Assembly: GCA_963632615.1 (NCBI GenBank)
Contig: CAVGVF010000001.1
Span: 138,636 to 197,718, forward strand
DNA from: an uncultured Eubacteriales bacterium
GTDB taxonomy: Bacteria; Pseudomonadota; Alphaproteobacteria; RF32; CAG-239
Length of the DNA: 59,083 nucleotides
Direction of reading: 5' to 3'
Shown here piece by piece: positions 37,948 to 48,500 of this stretch. Positions within the stretch are counted from its first letter, which is position 1, and each line of letters starts with the position of its first letter. Made by a program: the position numbers and the translations under genes. The notes beneath the pieces were generated by a model. The model had not been told where the DNA came from, made no database searches, and worked only from the letters and a program-made list of their open reading frames with translations.

Positions 37948-38258
37948 TCTTTTCCCTTCTGAATATTTTTATCCATCTCTTGAGCAGAACGATAAACATT
38001 CAACATACCAGCCATACACCCAAATAAAGAAAATACAAGCAGAAAAACAACTTTAGTCCCGAAAATTTTATCTAAAGTGAACCCGATGCAGATTCCAACC
38101 AGCACTGCGGCAATAAATTCCGTGCCGATTCTAAAAGCATTGGCAACGGCATCTTTCAGCGGAGAGGCATTGCTGTCTTTGCCGCTTTTCTGCTGTTTTT
38201 CTTTCAGGCGGCGGATTCGCTTGTCTATCTCCTCAATGTCTGAATTGGCCTTTTTCAT
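37944..38258 (-). CDS. atpI: ATP synthase protein I-like small membrane protein
   Basis: A 104-aa protein with two TM segments. Overlaps atpB by 4 nt, in the position where atpI occurs. Confidence 0.6.
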   Translation of the reverse strand: MKKANSDIEEIDKRIRRLKEKQQKSGKDSNASPLKDAVANAFRIGTEFIAAVLVGICIGFTLDKIFGTKVVFLLVFSLFGCMAGMLNVYRSAQEMDKNIQKGKD

Positions 38259-38998
38259 TTTTCCTGTCTGTAACCCAATCTTTCCAAACGGCTGTTAATA
38301 TATGGCTTTAGCGAGCTAAAGCTTGCTGCCGAATAAATAATCTCGTTGCCGTCGCGGCCGCTGAACAGCAAAGCCGGAGTACCGGTCATGCCCAGCTGCT
38401 TTAAACCCTGCTGGCGGTCAGATATAATAGTCTGTGCCAATGCATCGTCATGCAGGCAAGCCTCTGCTTCATCATAGCTTATGCCGTATTCTGCCGCATA
38501 GCTGTGCAGCTGAGAAGTGTCGCCGGCTAAATACCAGAAACGCTGCTTGTCAAACAGACGGGTTAAAAAGCCGTGATAGTTGTCTATAGAAGCGCATTGC
38601 AGCAGCATAGCCGCCTGCATGGCTTTTTTATCCAGCGGAAAGTTTACAAATACAATTCGGAGCAATCCGTATTCCACGTATTCTTTTTCCAATCTCGGCA
38701 CAACATCAAGATGAAAATCAGCGCAGTGCGGGCAGCCTAAAGATGAAAATTCATAAAGCGTCAGCGGAGCGTCGGCCGCGCCGACAGCGTATTTTGCGGA
38801 AGCATTGATATGCAGATTCGGCGGCAAAACCGTGGCGATACCGTTTTTCTCTGTGGCCGCAGCAGCCTGAACTTTTAAAGTAATTTGCCCGTTTTCATCA
38901 AAAACAAAGCCTTTATAAGTAAAATAAAAATAAGCAGCAGCAAAAAAGGCAACAATAAAAGTTGCGGTTTTGCTCAGTGACTTTATAAACTTATCCAA
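38255..38998 (-). CDS. DsbA-family thiol:disulfide oxidoreductase
   Basis: N-terminal anchor and the thioredoxin-fold active site SSLGCPHCADFH. Confidence 0.8.
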   Translation of the reverse strand: MDKFIKSLSKTATFIVAFFAAAYFYFTYKGFVFDENGQITLKVQAAAATEKNGIATVLPPNLHINASAKYAVGAADAPLTLYEFSSLGCPHCADFHLDVVPRLEKEYVEYGLLRIVFVNFPLDKKAMQAAMLLQCASIDNYHGFLTRLFDKQRFWYLAGDTSQLHSYAAEYGISYDEAEACLHDDALAQTIISDRQQGLKQLGMTGTPALLFSGRDGNEIIYSAASFSSLKPYINSRLERLGYRQEK

Positions 38999-39008
38999 AA
39001 TATATCTC

Positions 39009-39536
39009 CTAATTTTTTTTATTGCTGAATACGGCTTTGCCTAAATTTTCTAAATGCTCGCGCAAATTGCTGTTATCAACATCTTTAATTATTTCTGTAA
39101 TATAATTTTGTTCTTCAGCGGATACAAGAATTTTTTTAACATTATCAATGGGTTTTTTATTTAATAAGAAATTTTCGGGACAGCTGTTTTGAATTATTTT
39201 CAATTTTGTTACGGCATTATAGCCGAAATATGTGTTGATTTGGCTTAAAATCTGCGGCTCGCGCTGTTTTATTTCCATGGCAAAAGCGCCGCTTAATACA
39301 ATCAGCTGAAGAGTGCCGCCGGTCTTTTCATTTTTGCTGAAAGAAATTTTTTGCGGCAGAGAATATTTTGCCAGCTCTTCGCCGACAATCGACGACCAGC
39401 CGGATAAAATTTCCAGCTCAATCATGCCGCCCGCGCCCAAAAGCTGCTTGGCTAAAGGCATAATGGTTTTGGATACGCTGGTTAAATCATCCAAAGTGCG
39501 TTCTTCGCGGATAAGCATTTTTTTGCTTTTAGTCAT
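39009..39536 (-). CDS. DUF721 (DciA-like) protein
   Basis: I chose the ATG at 39536, which overlaps the xerD stop (ATGACTAA). The DUF721-like pattern W..IVGEELAKYSLP...GGTLQLIVLSGAFAMEIK is recalled from memory and was not searched. Confidence 0.55.
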   Translation of the reverse strand: MTKSKKMLIREERTLDDLTSVSKTIMPLAKQLLGAGGMIELEILSGWSSIVGEELAKYSLPQKISFSKNEKTGGTLQLIVLSGAFAMEIKQREPQILSQINTYFGYNAVTKLKIIQNSCPENFLLNKKPIDNVKKILVSAEEQNYITEIIKDVDNSNLREHLENLGKAVFSNKKN

Positions 39537-40446
39537 TCGTATCATCCTTAAAATAGGCCAGCGGGTGTTTCCTCCGGACAATGTCGCCCAGTTTTTGCGA
39601 GGTTATGTGGGTATAAACTTCGGTTGTCGTAATATTTTCGTGCCCCAGCATTTTTTGCACCGAGCGCAGGTCGGCATCATTATTCAGCAGGTGGGTGGCA
39701 AAAGAGTGGCGCAGCACGTGCGGCGAAACTCTTGACGGATATATTCCGCAGTCAACCGCCAGTTTTTTTAAGTCCTTATAGAAAGCATCGCGGGTCAGGT
39801 GTCCGGAAATTGAAGTCAGAGATGGAAACAGCCAGTTGGAATTTGAATTTTTTTTGATAAATTCCCGCCTTAAATCTATATATTCCGACAAAGACTGCAA
39901 AGCGCTTTCGGCTACCGGAACCACGCGCTCTTTGCTGCCTTTGCCGAAAATCGTTATCAGCCCCTTGTTATAATTTATGGCATTTTCAGGCAGCCCAACC
40001 AGTTCGGATACGCGCAGGCCGGTGGCATACATCAGTTCAATCATTACGCCGATACGCCAATAGCGATAGTCCTTTTTAGCAAAAGCCGCTTCAATTAAAA
40101 GCTTGATTTCCTGCACTGATAAAAATTTAGGCAGAGGCTTTTCCTGCTTCGGCGTCAAGATATATGCAGCCGGATTGGTTTTGATTATTTTTTCCGAATA
40201 CAGAAATTTGCAGAAATCTTTGATGGCGGAAAGTTTGCGAGCCAAACTTTTGGGTGCGTATGATTCAGCACTTAGATTCTGAATGAATTTTTCGATTCGC
40301 TCTTCGGTTAAATCCTGTGGAGCCGAAATGCCGCAAAACTCAAAAAATTGCCGCAAATCATGCTCGTACGCCGTCAAAGTTGTTCGAGCCGCGCCTTTTT
40401 CCGCCGCTTCCGTTTCTAAAAAATTTTCCAGCCAACGTCCAACCAT
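39529..40446 (-). CDS. xerD: tyrosine site-specific recombinase XerD/XerC
   Basis: N-terminal SAM-like domain (LTAYEHDLRQFFEF) and catalytic motifs RVSELVGL and HVLRHSFATHLL...LGHENITTTEVYTH. Confidence 0.85.
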   Translation of the reverse strand: MVGRWLENFLETEAAEKGAARTTLTAYEHDLRQFFEFCGISAPQDLTEERIEKFIQNLSAESYAPKSLARKLSAIKDFCKFLYSEKIIKTNPAAYILTPKQEKPLPKFLSVQEIKLLIEAAFAKKDYRYWRIGVMIELMYATGLRVSELVGLPENAINYNKGLITIFGKGSKERVVPVAESALQSLSEYIDLRREFIKKNSNSNWLFPSLTSISGHLTRDAFYKDLKKLAVDCGIYPSRVSPHVLRHSFATHLLNNDADLRSVQKMLGHENITTTEVYTHITSQKLGDIVRRKHPLAYFKDDTND

Positions 40447-40451
40447 TATGC

Positions 40452-40613
40452 TTATTTTTCTAAATCAACGGCAATTTCTTGAGACACATGTTCTGTCGGA
40501 ACTTGAATGTCGTGAACCATTAAAAAAACAATGCCGGCCAAAATTATCAAGCCCAAAGCATAAAAAACAATTTTCAAGGTGCTTCCTTGAGTATATGCAG
40601 ATTGTCTTCTCAT
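40452..40613 (-). CDS. 53-aa single-TM small protein, below the ORF-track cutoff
   Basis: My own translation is MRRQSAYTQGSTLKIVFYALGLIILAGIVFLMVHDIQVPTEHVSQEIAVDLEK. AAGGAAG lies 6 nt upstream of the ATG, and the stop lies 5 nt before the xerD ATG. Confidence 0.45.
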   Translation of the reverse strand: MRRQSAYTQGSTLKIVFYALGLIILAGIVFLMVHDIQVPTEHVSQEIAVDLEK

Positions 40614-40718
40614 TAATTTCTTCCTTGTATACAGTTAAAAAAAGATTGAATAATAGTAGCAAGGATATATTATGAGGTCAATAGAAAGCAAAAAATTTAA
40701 ACAAAGAAAAATAATAAA

Positions 40719-41273
40719 ATGTCGAGAATAAATAAAATAATTTTGCTGGTCGGCTTAATGGGAAGCGGAAAAACCAGCGTGGGCAAAAGGCTGGCGCGCC
40801 GCTTGTCGCTGCCGTTTGTCGATGGAGATCAGGAAATTGAAAAAGCGGCCGGATTATCGCTGGTTGATGTGCTGAAGTGTTTCGGCGAAAAAGAATACCG
40901 CGCCGGTGAAGAAAGAGTGATGAAACGCCTGCTGCAGGGAAATCCTTGCGTTTTGGCCAGCGGCGGCGGTTCTTTTGTGGCTGCGCAGACGCGTGAGCTG
41001 GCTAAAGAGCATGCCGTGACTATTTGGCTTAAAGCCGATATCGATACTTTGTATCATCGAACGGCCGGGCGCACGCGGCGTCCGTTTCTGCTGGGGGATA
41101 ATGCTACGGTAAAAAGCAAGCTGCAAGAATACATAACCGAAGAGTATCCATACTATTCCGAAGCGGATATTGTGGTTGAAACCCGTGATGAAAAAGTTGA
41201 AAACACGGTTAAAAGAGTTGCTTCCGCCGTGCACCATTTTTTCCAGCAGCAGAAAAAAACAGCAAAAAACTAA
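40719..41273 (+). CDS. aroK: shikimate kinase
   Basis: Walker A GLMGSGKTSVGKRLA and a size of 184 aa. Confidence 0.9.
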   Translation: MSRINKIILLVGLMGSGKTSVGKRLARRLSLPFVDGDQEIEKAAGLSLVDVLKCFGEKEYRAGEERVMKRLLQGNPCVLASGGGSFVAAQTRELAKEHAVTIWLKADIDTLYHRTAGRTRRPFLLGDNATVKSKLQEYITEEYPYYSEADIVVETRDEKVENTVKRVASAVHHFFQQQKKTAKN

Positions 41274-41283
41274 GGAGCTGAAA

Positions 41284-41994
41284 ATGAGAAAAAGCAATCG
41301 TGGAACGGAAGATTTACGGCAAATAGAGATTATTCCGAATGTTAATTTATATGCCGAAGGTTCGTGTTTAATCAAGTGCGGCAATACTCATGTTTTGTGC
41401 ACGGCCAGTGTCAGTCCGGAAATTCCGGCTTGGCTGAAAGGCGGAAACCGCGGCTGGGTAACTGCAGAATATTCTTTATTGCCGCGGGCTACACAGACCA
41501 GAGTCAGCCGTGAGACCAAAGGCGTGGGCGGACGCACGGCGGAAATCCAGCGTCTTATAGGCCGTTCGCTGCGGGCGGCGGTGGATTTAACGGAAATGCC
41601 GGAAATCTGCGTGCAGGTTGACTGCGATGTTTTGCAGGCTGACGGCGGAACGCGCACCGCATCGATTACCGGCGGATTCGTTGCTTTGTATTCGGCTTTG
41701 CAGAAAATGGTCATGGATGGAATGCTGCCGCGCAATCCGATTCGCGAATATGTAGCAGCCGTTTCTTGCGGTATCTGCAACGGCGAGCCTTTGCTTGATT
41801 TGGATTATGATGAGGATTCGCATGCCGGCGCCGATACTAATTTTGTGCTGACCGAAAGCGGAAAAATTGTGGAAATCCAGGCAACTGCCGAAGGCGCCGT
41901 ATTCAGCGAAAGCGAGTTTAACGAGCTGTTCCGCTTGGCTAAGCAAGGCATTCATCAGCTGATTATGGCTCAGAAAAAAGCCCTTAAAGCATAG
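41284..41994 (+). CDS. rph: ribonuclease PH
   Basis: The ATG at 41284 follows AAGGAG. Motifs AEGSCLIKCGNTHVLCTAS and GGRTAEIQRLIGRSLRA are present. The longer ORF-track start would overlap aroK. Confidence 0.93.
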   Translation: MRKSNRGTEDLRQIEIIPNVNLYAEGSCLIKCGNTHVLCTASVSPEIPAWLKGGNRGWVTAEYSLLPRATQTRVSRETKGVGGRTAEIQRLIGRSLRAAVDLTEMPEICVQVDCDVLQADGGTRTASITGGFVALYSALQKMVMDGMLPRNPIREYVAAVSCGICNGEPLLDLDYDEDSHAGADTNFVLTESGKIVEIQATAEGAVFSESEFNELFRLAKQGIHQLIMAQKKALKA

Positions 41995-42003
41995 GAGAAA
42001 ATT

Positions 42004-42594
42004 ATGAAATTAACCGAAGTTGTTTTTGCCAGCCATAATGCCGGTAAAATAAAAGAAATCAAAGAATTGCTGGAGCCTTTGGGCATAAAAGTGAAATCAG
42101 CTTTAGATATGGATTTGCCTGATGTTGAAGAAACCGGCACGACTTTTGCCGAAAATTCACTGCTGAAATCTCAAACTATTGCTGAAATGACCGGCGTTCC
42201 GTGCCTGGCCGATGATTCGGGCTTATGCGTTGACTCGCTGAACGGCGCTCCCGGAGTTTATTCGGCGCGCTATGCTCCGAACCGTGATTTTGACAAGGGG
42301 ATGGAAAAGCTGCTGGCAGAAATGGCAAAAAGCCCGGATAAAAGCCGCAGTGCTCATTTTTCCTGTGTGATTTCTTTGGCTTGGCCGGATGGTAAATTTG
42401 AAACTTTTGAAGGACGTGTCAACGGTAAGATTGCTTTTGAAAAACAGGGCAGCGGCGGATTCGGCTATGACCCGCTGTTTGTTCCTGACGGATTCGCCTG
42501 CAGCTTTGCCCAAATGAGCAAAGAAGAAAAAAATAAAATATCGCACCGCGGGCGGGCGGTTGAAAAATTAACGGCATATTTGAAATCATTATAA
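42004..42594 (+). CDS. rdgB: XTP/dITP diphosphatase (RdgB/HAM1 family)
   Basis: Motifs ASHNAGKIKE, TFAENSLLKS and SHRGRA. It follows rph, as in many bacteria. Confidence 0.9.
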   Translation: MKLTEVVFASHNAGKIKEIKELLEPLGIKVKSALDMDLPDVEETGTTFAENSLLKSQTIAEMTGVPCLADDSGLCVDSLNGAPGVYSARYAPNRDFDKGMEKLLAEMAKSPDKSRSAHFSCVISLAWPDGKFETFEGRVNGKIAFEKQGSGGFGYDPLFVPDGFACSFAQMSKEEKNKISHRGRAVEKLTAYLKSL

Positions 42595-42604
42595 GGCGGA
42601 TTAA

Positions 42605-45529
42605 ATGGCGGCAAAAATCTATAATATCAATGCCGGAGCATCTTTTGTAGATGTTTTGGCCGAGCATTTTTTGAAATGTTATAAAAATCAGCCGGAAGAG
42701 CTGGCTAATGTTTTATTTTTGCTGCCGAACAGACGCGCCTGCCAGAGTTTATCCGAGGCGTTTGTGCGCCTTAAAGGTCTTGAGCCGACTATTTTGCCGC
42801 AGATATTGCCGATAGCCGATGTTGAGGAAGACGAAGTGTTTTTGACCGGTCAAAGCAATATTCTGCAGGATTTGCCGCCCGAAATTACTAAAACCGAACG
42901 CGTATTTATTTTCAGCAAGCTGATATCGCAAAAACCGGAGTTAGGCTTTGGACATCTTTCTTTGGCTCAAGCTTATGCTTTGGCCGAAAATTTAGCAGCG
43001 CTGATTGATTTGTCTTATAATGAAAACTTGGATTTTTCCCGACTCAGTGAAATCGTGCCGGCAGAATTTGCGGCGCATTGGCAGGAAAGCTTGGAGCTGC
43101 TGAAGATTATTACGGAATATTGGCCGCAGATTTTGCAGGAACGAGGCAAGGCCGATACGGCAAAACGCCGCAATCAGCTGCTGGAAGCCGAGTTAAAGCT
43201 CTGGCAGCAAAGCCAAACCAAGCAAAAAATTGTGGTAGCCGGAACAACCGCCGCATTTCCGCTGCTGAAACAGCTGGTTAAAACGGTTTTGAATTTGCCG
43301 GACGGAGAAGTCTGGCTATACGGTTTAGACAGTTGTCTGGAAGATTCCGGCTGGGCGCTGATAGATGAAAATCATCCGCAGTTTGAGCTGAAAGAGCTGC
43401 TTGATTATTTGCAGGTTGACCGTGGCAGCATAATCAATCTGCCGCAAAAAACGTTCAGTCCCAGAGAACACCTTGTTTCTGAAATTATGCGTCCGGCGGC
43501 CGATTCTGCAGAATGGCGCTCTTTGTCGGGTAATCCTTTGCCGGAAGAGGCCTTTAAGGGGATTCATCTGCTGAATTGCGATGATATTCGCCAAGAAGCG
43601 CAGGCTATTGCTTTGCTGATTCGCAACACTTTGGAAATGCCCGAAAAAACTGCCGCTTTGGTTACGGTGGATAGAAATTTGGCGCGGCGGGTGGTTTCCG
43701 AGCTTAAAAAATGGAATATTGTGGCGGATGATTCGGCCGGACAGCCGTTAAGCCTGACGCCGATCGGCATATATTTACGGCAGATTATCAATGTGCTGGA
43801 AAATGATTTTTCGCAGGTAAGCCTGCTTTCCTTGCTGAAGCATCCGTTTACATCGTGCGGGCAAAATCCGGCGGTTTTCAATCAAAAAGTCCGTAAATTG
43901 GAATTAAGCTGGCGTAAAAAAGAAGATTTGTCGCCGGAGTCGGCTGAATTTTTAGCCGGAATAAAAGAAATTTTTGTTCCGCTGTGCGAACAGTACCGGC
44001 AGGCGGAAATAGATTTGCAGCAGTTTTTTACCTGCCACATTAAAACAGCCGAGCTCTTGGCGGATACGGATATAAAAACCGGCGATAAAATTATTTGGAA
44101 GAATGACGCCGGAGCCGCAGCCTCTAAGTTTGTGGGCGATTTTATGCAGAATTGCGGTATTTTAGGCAAAATTAAGCCGCATGATTATTTGGCGTTTTTA
44201 GAAAGTATGCTGATAGAGCAAAATGTGCGCGTTCGCTACGGTATGCACCCGCGGGTTAAGATTCTGGGCCCGATTGAAGCCCGTTTGACTCAGTTTGATG
44301 TAACAATTATCGGCGAAGTAAATGAGGGTGTTTGGCCAAAGCTGCCGACAGCCGATTTATGGATGTCGCGCCCGATGAAAAAGGATTTCGGATTTCCGCT
44401 GCCGGAACGGAATATCGGTGTGGCCGCCGCTGATTTTGCTCATTTGCTGAATGCGCAGAAAGTCTATTTGACCAGAGCCGAACGGGTTGACGGCACGCCT
44501 ACGAATAAATCCCGCTGGTGGCTGAGATTTGAAACGGTTTTAGCGGCAAATTTCGGCAATCAAAAAGAAGATAAGGCAAAATATGAATTTTTATATGACA
44601 ATAAATATTCTTTGTGGGCAAAATATTTAGAGCGGGCAACAGAGCAAAAGCGTATTTCCGCACCGGAGCCTCGTCCGCCGTTGCCGCTGCGTCCGCGCAA
44701 ATTGTCGGCGGTAAATTTTGAGATGCTGATGCGCGATCCATATACAATTTTTGCCAAATATATTTTGAAGCTTTATCCGCTGGAAGAACTCGACGAGGAT
44801 GTGGCCTATCGGGATTACGGCAATATTGTTCATGCCGTGATAGAAAAGTTTAACAATGTTTACAGCACCGGAGCCTATCCGCCGGATGCAGAACAGCAGC
44901 TACTGAAATTGGGAGAGGCTGAATTTGCCGCCAATAATATAAGTTCGGATATCAAGGCTTTTTGGTGGCCTAAGTTTGTTAAGACAGCGGCCTGGCTGGT
45001 AGAAACAGAGAAAAACTACCGCAGTGAAGTTAAAAAAGTTCACAATGAAGTGAGCGGCAGTCTGGATTTTGATTCTGACGGCGGCAAGTTTACCATAACC
45101 GCTAAGGCCGACCGTATAGACGAAACCATAGACGGACATTTGAATGTGTTGGATTACAAAACCGGCAGGGCTCGTACGCTGAAAGAAATCATTACCGGAA
45201 TGGCTCCGCAGCTGCCGATAGAGGGGCTTATTGCCGAAAAAGGCGGATATGCCGGGATTCCGGCCAAGGAGGTGGCAACTTTGCGCTATTGGCGGCTGGG
45301 CAAGGAAGAAATTGCTGCAAACAGCGAGCAAAGCCAAAAAGGCTTAGAAAGAACAATGAGCTATCTGCAAACTTTAATCGCCCATTTTGATAAGGAATCA
45401 ACCCCTTATTATGCTAAGCCGAACCCGCATGATGCGCCGGATTATTCGGACTATGACCATCTTTCCCGTTTTTTGGAGTGGTCGGTAAGAGATGAACAAG
45501 CCAAGGAGAATGATTCAGATGAAAACTAA
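42605..45529 (+). CDS. addB: double-strand break repair protein AddB (alphaproteobacterial type)
   Basis: 974 aa, immediately upstream of and overlapping addA. It has a C-terminal PD-(D/E)xK nuclease motif (LNVLDYKTG). Confidence 0.85.
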   Translation: MAAKIYNINAGASFVDVLAEHFLKCYKNQPEELANVLFLLPNRRACQSLSEAFVRLKGLEPTILPQILPIADVEEDEVFLTGQSNILQDLPPEITKTERVFIFSKLISQKPELGFGHLSLAQAYALAENLAALIDLSYNENLDFSRLSEIVPAEFAAHWQESLELLKIITEYWPQILQERGKADTAKRRNQLLEAELKLWQQSQTKQKIVVAGTTAAFPLLKQLVKTVLNLPDGEVWLYGLDSCLEDSGWALIDENHPQFELKELLDYLQVDRGSIINLPQKTFSPREHLVSEIMRPAADSAEWRSLSGNPLPEEAFKGIHLLNCDDIRQEAQAIALLIRNTLEMPEKTAALVTVDRNLARRVVSELKKWNIVADDSAGQPLSLTPIGIYLRQIINVLENDFSQVSLLSLLKHPFTSCGQNPAVFNQKVRKLELSWRKKEDLSPESAEFLAGIKEIFVPLCEQYRQAEIDLQQFFTCHIKTAELLADTDIKTGDKIIWKNDAGAAASKFVGDFMQNCGILGKIKPHDYLAFLESMLIEQNVRVRYGMHPRVKILGPIEARLTQFDVTIIGEVNEGVWPKLPTADLWMSRPMKKDFGFPLPERNIGVAAADFAHLLNAQKVYLTRAERVDGTPTNKSRWWLRFETVLAANFGNQKEDKAKYEFLYDNKYSLWAKYLERATEQKRISAPEPRPPLPLRPRKLSAVNFEMLMRDPYTIFAKYILKLYPLEELDEDVAYRDYGNIVHAVIEKFNNVYSTGAYPPDAEQQLLKLGEAEFAANNISSDIKAFWWPKFVKTAAWLVETEKNYRSEVKKVHNEVSGSLDFDSDGGKFTITAKADRIDETIDGHLNVLDYKTGRARTLKEIITGMAPQLPIEGLIAEKGGYAGIPAKEVATLRYWRLGKEEIAANSEQSQKGLERTMSYLQTLIAHFDKESTPYYAKPNPHDAPDYSDYDHLSRFLEWSVRDEQAKENDSDEN

Positions 45530-48500
45530 GGAAGAGTTTGCCGCCTTGCGCCAAGAGCGCGGCGATTTAGCCACCGGCCAGCAGCGTTCGGCCGCCAATC
45601 CGCAGAAATCTGTCTGGGTTGAAGCGTCAGCCGGCACCGGTAAAACCAAAGTGCTTTCAGACCGCGTGCTGCGCTTGCTTTTAAGCGGTGTTAATCCGCA
45701 GCGTATTTTGTGCCTTACCTATACTAAAGCGGCGGCGGTGGAAATGAATACCCGTATTTCCGAACGCCTCAGCAAATGGTCTGTTTTGCCGGAAGATAAG
45801 CTGGAAGAAAGCCTGTTCAGCCTGCTGGGAGATGAGTTCGGCGATATAAAGCAGCAAAAAAAATATAAGCAGAGAGCCCGTACCTTGTTTGCTGTTTTGC
45901 TGGATACTCCGGGCGGTATCAAAATCCAGACAATACATAGTTTTTGTCAGGAAGTTTTGAAGCGTTTCCCGCTGGAGGCCGGTGTTTCTCCGTATTTTGA
46001 TATTTTGGACGATGAAAGCGCAGCCGAAGCCTTGGCGCAAATTCAAAAAGATTTGCTTGATGAGGCCGAGCACGGCGCCGATAGTCCGCTGAAAGAAGCT
46101 TTGCAGTATCTAACCGAGAATTTAAGCGAATATTCTTTTCCGCAAGTTATGAAAAATATTACTCTTAACCGCTCAAAAATTACGGATTTGCTGAAAAATT
46201 ATGCCGGCAATGAAGAATATGAAAATGTTTTGGCGCAAAAATTGCAGATTAGCCCTCAAGACACGGAAGATACGGTTATTGCCGATTTTATGGCCGGAAT
46301 AAACGTTGCCGGGCTGCGCTTGAATATAGCCGCTTTGCTGCAAGGCGGCAGCACCGACCAAAGCCGTGCTGAAAAATTGGAAAATATTTTAAGAGGCGGA
46401 ATGAAACCGGCTGACTATAATCAATATGTCGGGATTTTTGTAACGCAAAAGGGAACATTGCGCAAAGCTGCGGATAAAAAGTCCTGCGCCGCCGATGCCG
46501 GATTGTCTGATCGTATGACCATGGAAGGCGAGCGTGTTTTGCAAACAGAAGATAAAATCCGTAAAGCCCGTTTGTTTCAAGCTACTAAAGCCGTGTTTAC
46601 CATAGCCCGGGAATTGACCGGACACTATAATGAATTTAAAAAGCAGCATGCCCGCTTGGACTATGAGGATTTAATTTTAATTACCCGCAATCTTTTGGCG
46701 GATGATGCAGCGGCTTCTTGGGTTTTGTTTAAGCTGGACGGCGGTATTGACCATGTTTTGATTGATGAGGCGCAGGATACTTCGCCGAACCAATGGGAAA
46801 TAGTCAAATCGCTGAGTGCGGAATTTTTTGCCGGCGCCGGCAGTTCCGATAAAAAGCGCACGGTTTTTGCCGTGGGCGATAGAAAACAGTCTATTTACAG
46901 CTTTCAAGGCGCCGATCCGGATAAATTTGATGAAACGGCAGAATATTTTGCGCAAAGAGCCGCTTCCGAATTTGAAAAAGTAAATCTGGCGGTGTCTTTC
47001 CGTTCTTCGGCTGCGGTGCTGAACACGGTAAATCAGCTTTTTGCCGATTCGGAAGTGTCTAAAGGCGTAACCGCTCCGGAAGAAACAGTTAATCATATTC
47101 CATTCCGAGCCGGCGAGTTCGGACACGTGGAGATTTGGCCGCTGCTGGTGGCGGAGAAAAAAGAAAAAACGGATGACTATAATTGGCAGCCGCCGGTAGA
47201 GATGAGCAAGGAAATATCGGTTAAAACCCGTCTGGCAAAAAAAATGGCGGCAAAAATAAAAGAGCTGGTAGAAAAAGAAAATCTGCATTACCGCGATATT
47301 ATGGTTTTGGTACAGACCAGAAGCAGTTTTGTTGATGAGTTTATTCGGGCTTGCAAAGATGAAAACGTAAATATCAGCGGTGCCGATAAGTTGCGTTTGA
47401 GCGAGCAGATTGCCGTGCAGGATTTAATTTCCCTGGGGCGCTTTTTGCTTTTGAACAATGATGATTTGTCATTAGCCGAAGTGCTGAAATCGCCGATTTT
47501 CGGATTAACTGACGATGATTTAATAAAGCTCTGCGCCGGCCGCGGCAATGCTCCTTTGTGGTCAAAACTCGGGGATTTTCCGGAATATTCGCAAGTGTAT
47601 AATGATTTAAAAACTCTGTCGAATATGCTGGATTTTGTGCGCCCTTATGAATTGTTCAATTATGTTTTAACCGCCATGAACGGCCGCTATAAGTTTACGG
47701 AACGTATGGGCATGGAAGTTGAAGATGCCTTAGATGAATTTGTTAATTTGACTATCGCCTACGAGCAAGAGCATATTCCGGGGCTGCAGGGTTTTATAGA
47801 TTGGATAGGCCGCAGCGAAGTTGAAGTAAAGCGCGAAACCGAACAAAAAGATACGGATGCAGTGCGGCTGATGACTGTGCACGGTTCCAAGGGTTTGCAG
47901 GCGCCGGTGGTCTTTTTGCCGGATACGGTGCGGGTAAAAAATGCCAAAAATGAACAAGCCTTGCTCTGGGGCGATGACATCGCATACTATCCGCTGAACA
48001 GCGCCTGCTATGACGAGAATTGCAAAAAGATTAAAGATAAAAATAATGACAAGGCTTTTGAAGAGTACCGCCGGCTGCTGTATGTGGCTCTAACCCGCGC
48101 CGAAGACAGGCTGTATATTTGCGGCTTTGCCGGAAAAGACGGAGCCGACAAGCGTTCTTGGTATGAGCTTTGCCGCAAAACTTTGCAGGAAAAAGGTGTG
48201 CCGGACGGGGATATAATTACGGTTGATGAGCCGGAGGTCATCGCTAAAAAAACAGATGATAAAGTTTTTGCCTATAATGAAATACCGGCGCCAGAACCCT
48301 GGATAAATGAAAAGGCTCAGGCCGAGGATTTGCTTGCCAAACCGTATACTCCGTCGCATTTGGAAGAGGATGAAAATGTTGATTCTGTTTCTCCGTTGAA
48401 AGACGGCGGAAATTACTACCGCCGCGGCACGATTATCCACAAGCTTTTGCAGTTTTTACCGCAAAGCGCTGCCGATAAAACAGAAATCATAAGCGAATAT

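Noticed and set aside
39529-40446. A tyrosine recombinase as a possible integrase marking a mobile element
   Set aside because: It has the full XerC/XerD motif set and housekeeping neighbours (DUF721 gene, dsbA-like gene, atp operon, aroK). I saw no att-like repeats, no tRNA, and no compositional shift around it.
40465-40662. 65-aa minus-strand ORF from the track (MLLLFNLFLTVYKEEINEK...)
   Set aside because: It has no SD and is Cys/Phe-rich nonsense. It overlaps, in a different frame, a better-supported 53-codon ORF (40452..40613) that has a strong SD and a clean TM helix.
41170-41283. Long 5' extensions offered by the ORF track for rph (41170), addA (45492), trxA (48930), the lipoprotein (25876), the SBP (27540), nfu (56073), the DUF721 gene (39581), the acidic protein (17640) and the MFP (19712)
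   Set aside because: In each case an internal ATG has a good SD and begins exactly where the conserved N-terminus or signal peptide starts. The extension would also overlap the upstream gene or start at a non-ATG codon.
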